Shown here one piece after another: positions 61,840 through 64,000 of a stretch of 64,000 bases of DNA. The notes under the pieces were generated by a model. It saw only the letters and a list, made by a program, of their open reading frames with translations, searched no databases and had not been told where the DNA came from. A program made the position numbers and the translations under genes. The first letter of the stretch is position 1. Each line of letters begins with the position of its first letter. Source of the DNA: Spirochaetia bacterium (GTDB lineage: Bacteria; Spirochaetota; Spirochaetia; SP-2023); NCBI GenBank assembly GCA_965225855.1, contig CBDDCK010000005.1:1969074-2033073 (forward strand), given 5' to 3'.

Positions 61840-61882
61840 AAAAAGCTAGTAAGGTTTTGACTGAAAACCTTACTAGCTTTTT
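61840..61882. terminator. bidirectional terminator-like hairpin
   Basis: AAAAAGCTAGTAAGGTTTT-GACTG-AAAACCTTACTAGCTTTTT, 19-bp perfect arms. Confidence 0.7.
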
Positions 61883-62343
61883 TGATTGGCAACCTGGGGA
61901 TTTTCCAACGAGGCTGTGGCAGTCTCTAAAAAAATCGCAAAAAATTGTATTGTATTATTTTGCTAAAAACTGGGCTGTACTGCGATACAAAAAACTCAAA
62001 TTCTTATACCAAATTCTTATACTTTGTGCCATAATGTTTAGTACGATCATACGCAACAGCATAAGCTATGCTTATCTTTTGGTAATTCTTTTCTTCTATA
62101 CTTTACACCATCACTATTCAACAAACTGCCTAAACGTTTGCATTTATTAAATTATTTAGCGTTTGCTAAACAAATGAAATCATCGAGAAAAGGAGAATAA
62201 CAACGATGAGAAATATCCAGTCTATTTTAAATGATTGAGAGCCAGCGATTGCGGTATTTACCAACCGCGATAAAAAAGATGATTCAAAGATGATTCAATG
62301 GAGAAATTCTTTAGAAAGGCAAAAAGAAGACAATAAAATCTTT

Positions 62344-64000
62344 TTACCCTAATGGAAAGATATCTTTATATTCTTTGTCAAACTCATCATTATAATTTAA
62401 TTCCTTAAATTTCTTTTCTATATTTTTTGTAGTATCACTTCTAGTATAGAAAGACTTTAATGTTCCTCCCATCGTTTGAGTAAATTCAGCGTGTTCTTTT
62501 CCTATAATATCTAATATTGTTTTTATCCACTTCTTGACCATGTATGTATTTATATATTCTTGATCTTTAAATAAATCCGTATTGATTAACTTATTCCAAT
62601 ACTCACATTTGTCTATAATAAAATAAAATATCCTCAAAGCTAAGTACTTACCCAGTGAAAAGTATTGATATTCTTTAATTTTGTTTAATATTTTTTCTTT
62701 TTCTTTTAAAAATGTATCTCTTTGCATAGTGTCTTTTTTAAGCTGATTCGGAAGAAATGCGACACTAGATATCATTGATTTAATATTATCATATGTTTTT
62801 TCATCGAAATTTTCTGTATTGAATTGTGTGATTTTCGTAATTATCTGCCCATCCTTTTGCCTTTTTCCATAAATTGCGCTTTGTTGTTCAATGCAAGTCA
62901 TAATATTATACGCTACTATCATTTTCTTTACCAATTCATCATTAATCTCTTTGTCGAAAATTTTTTTGTAATATTTATCCTGAGCATAACCAAATATGTT
63001 GCTCTTTGCTACGGCATGAAGACTCGGATCTTCGGTAAATGCCATCCATATACTTGCCAAATTTTCAATGGTAATTTTTTCATCCCAGAGCGTAAAATCA
63101 TTTTTTTTCTTTTGTAAGAGATTATGTTTTTCTTTCGGATTTGATTCTAGATGTTTTCTATCGCCTCGTTTTATCTCATAAAAATATCCATATTTTGCCA
63201 TAATTCTTTGAATGTCAATCTGTTCTCTTTCGTTTGCATAGAAATCGGTAACTTTCACTGCATTTTGACTATTGTTATATTGGATAACCTTGTTTTCAAA
63301 TTCTGTATTTTTCTTACCGTCTTTATCGTTATCTGTAATGACTCTAAAAATAATTTTTATTCTCTTGAAGTGCTTTCGTATTTCTTCAATCGCTTCTTTC
63401 TTGTTACCGTTTAATTTTCTTGTTTTTGTTTTAACCATGTCTTGGTAAGATTCATAGAGTGCATTTACCGTTTGTGCTCCATTGATGATTTGCGGATAAG
63501 TTATTTTCAGTGTATTATTAGTTAGATTTTCCTTAAAGTCTTTTGAAGTAATGGTTATTCCATTGTTGTAAAAGTAAAAATTATCGGGCTCATTTCGAGT
63601 AGTGTCTTGGATTTTTTTATTTATAGCAGTCTTTCCTAATCCAAATCGTAGATTCTTATCAAAGAGCTTGTATCTATGTTTTTCTCTTAAATCAACAATT
63701 GCATCACCGGTGATAACTGAAATCAAGGTTTTATGCTTTTGTCCTATGGTAGGGCTTATAGTAGCTGATTCCAACTGTATTTTCATACTCTCTGGTTCGG
63801 TTCTATCAAGTTTAGATTGATATTCTAAGTAGGTATCTTTAATCGTATCCCAATCGTAGTATGTTATTTTCGGGTAATTGTTTTCTACGAGTTGCACAGT
63901 GCCTTCTTGTCCCAAATGAAAGAAGTGAAGTTTTTCTTCATATCCCTGATTTTTGTGTGTTAAATAATCGGTGGCTATATCTTTTATTCTTTCGTTTTTA
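62344..64000 (-). CDS. AIPR family protein (5' end beyond window)
   Basis: NLRFGLG, FYFYNNGITIT, QIINGAQT, NNSQNAV; frame open to position 64000. Confidence 0.88.
   Translation of the reverse strand, partial: KNERIKDIATDYLTHKNQGYEEKLHFFHLGQEGTVQLVENNYPKITYYDWDTIKDTYLEYQSKLDRTEPESMKIQLESATISPTIGQKHKTLISVITGDAIVDLREKHRYKLFDKNLRFGLGKTAINKKIQDTTRNEPDNFYFYNNGITITSKDFKENLTNNTLKITYPQIINGAQTVNALYESYQDMVKTKTRKLNGNKKEAIEEIRKHFKRIKIIFRVITDNDKDGKKNTEFENKVIQYNNSQNAVKVTDFYANEREQIDIQRIMAKYGYFYEIKRGDRKHLESNPKEKHNLLQKKKNDFTLWDEKITIENLASIWMAFTEDPSLHAVAKSNIFGYAQDKYYKKIFDKEINDELVKKMIVAYNIMTCIEQQSAIYGKRQKDGQIITKITQFNTENFDEKTYDNIKSMISSVAFLPNQLKKDTMQRDTFLKEKEKILNKIKEYQYFSLGKYLALRIFYFIIDKCEYWNKLINTDLFKDQEYINTYMVKKWIKTILDIIGKEHAEFTQTMGGTLKSFYTRSDTTKNIEKKFKELNYNDEFDKEYKDIFPLG

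Overview
This is a chromosomal window from a spirochete-like bacterium, judged from the Borrelia-type ftsL-murF-mraY-ftsW-ftsQ-ftsA order and spirochete-type lipoboxes; the taxonomy is inferred. Housekeeping blocks (yggT/GH63-like, htpG, GH57-DUF4912, thiN-trpS, trkAH-ispD-trmL, thrC-dcw) are interleaved with three accessory layers. (1) Four paralogous mosaic surface-lipoprotein genes (three +, one -). Three share a ~560-710 bp repeat-rich leader, the fourth shares its proximal ~180 bp, and all carry modular hairpin 3' tails. (2) A dense defence region at 15.7-33 kb: DUF262+HEPN, PmeII-, BstYI- and ApaLI-like RM pairs, a type IIG-like fusion, two decayed RM systems, plus an AIPR gene at the right edge. 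A chimeric ORF there suggests two allelic defence cassettes were stacked in tandem through a 10-bp microhomology. (3) A fecBCDE-like operon and a tnaA-transporter pair carrying duplication scars. Unrelated repeats with 22-23 or 46 bp period recur across the window, and long palindromes sit in frame inside murF and the DUF4912 gene. I saw no rRNA, tRNA, CRISPR-cas or intact transposase. All family calls come from motif recognition by eye, not database searches.
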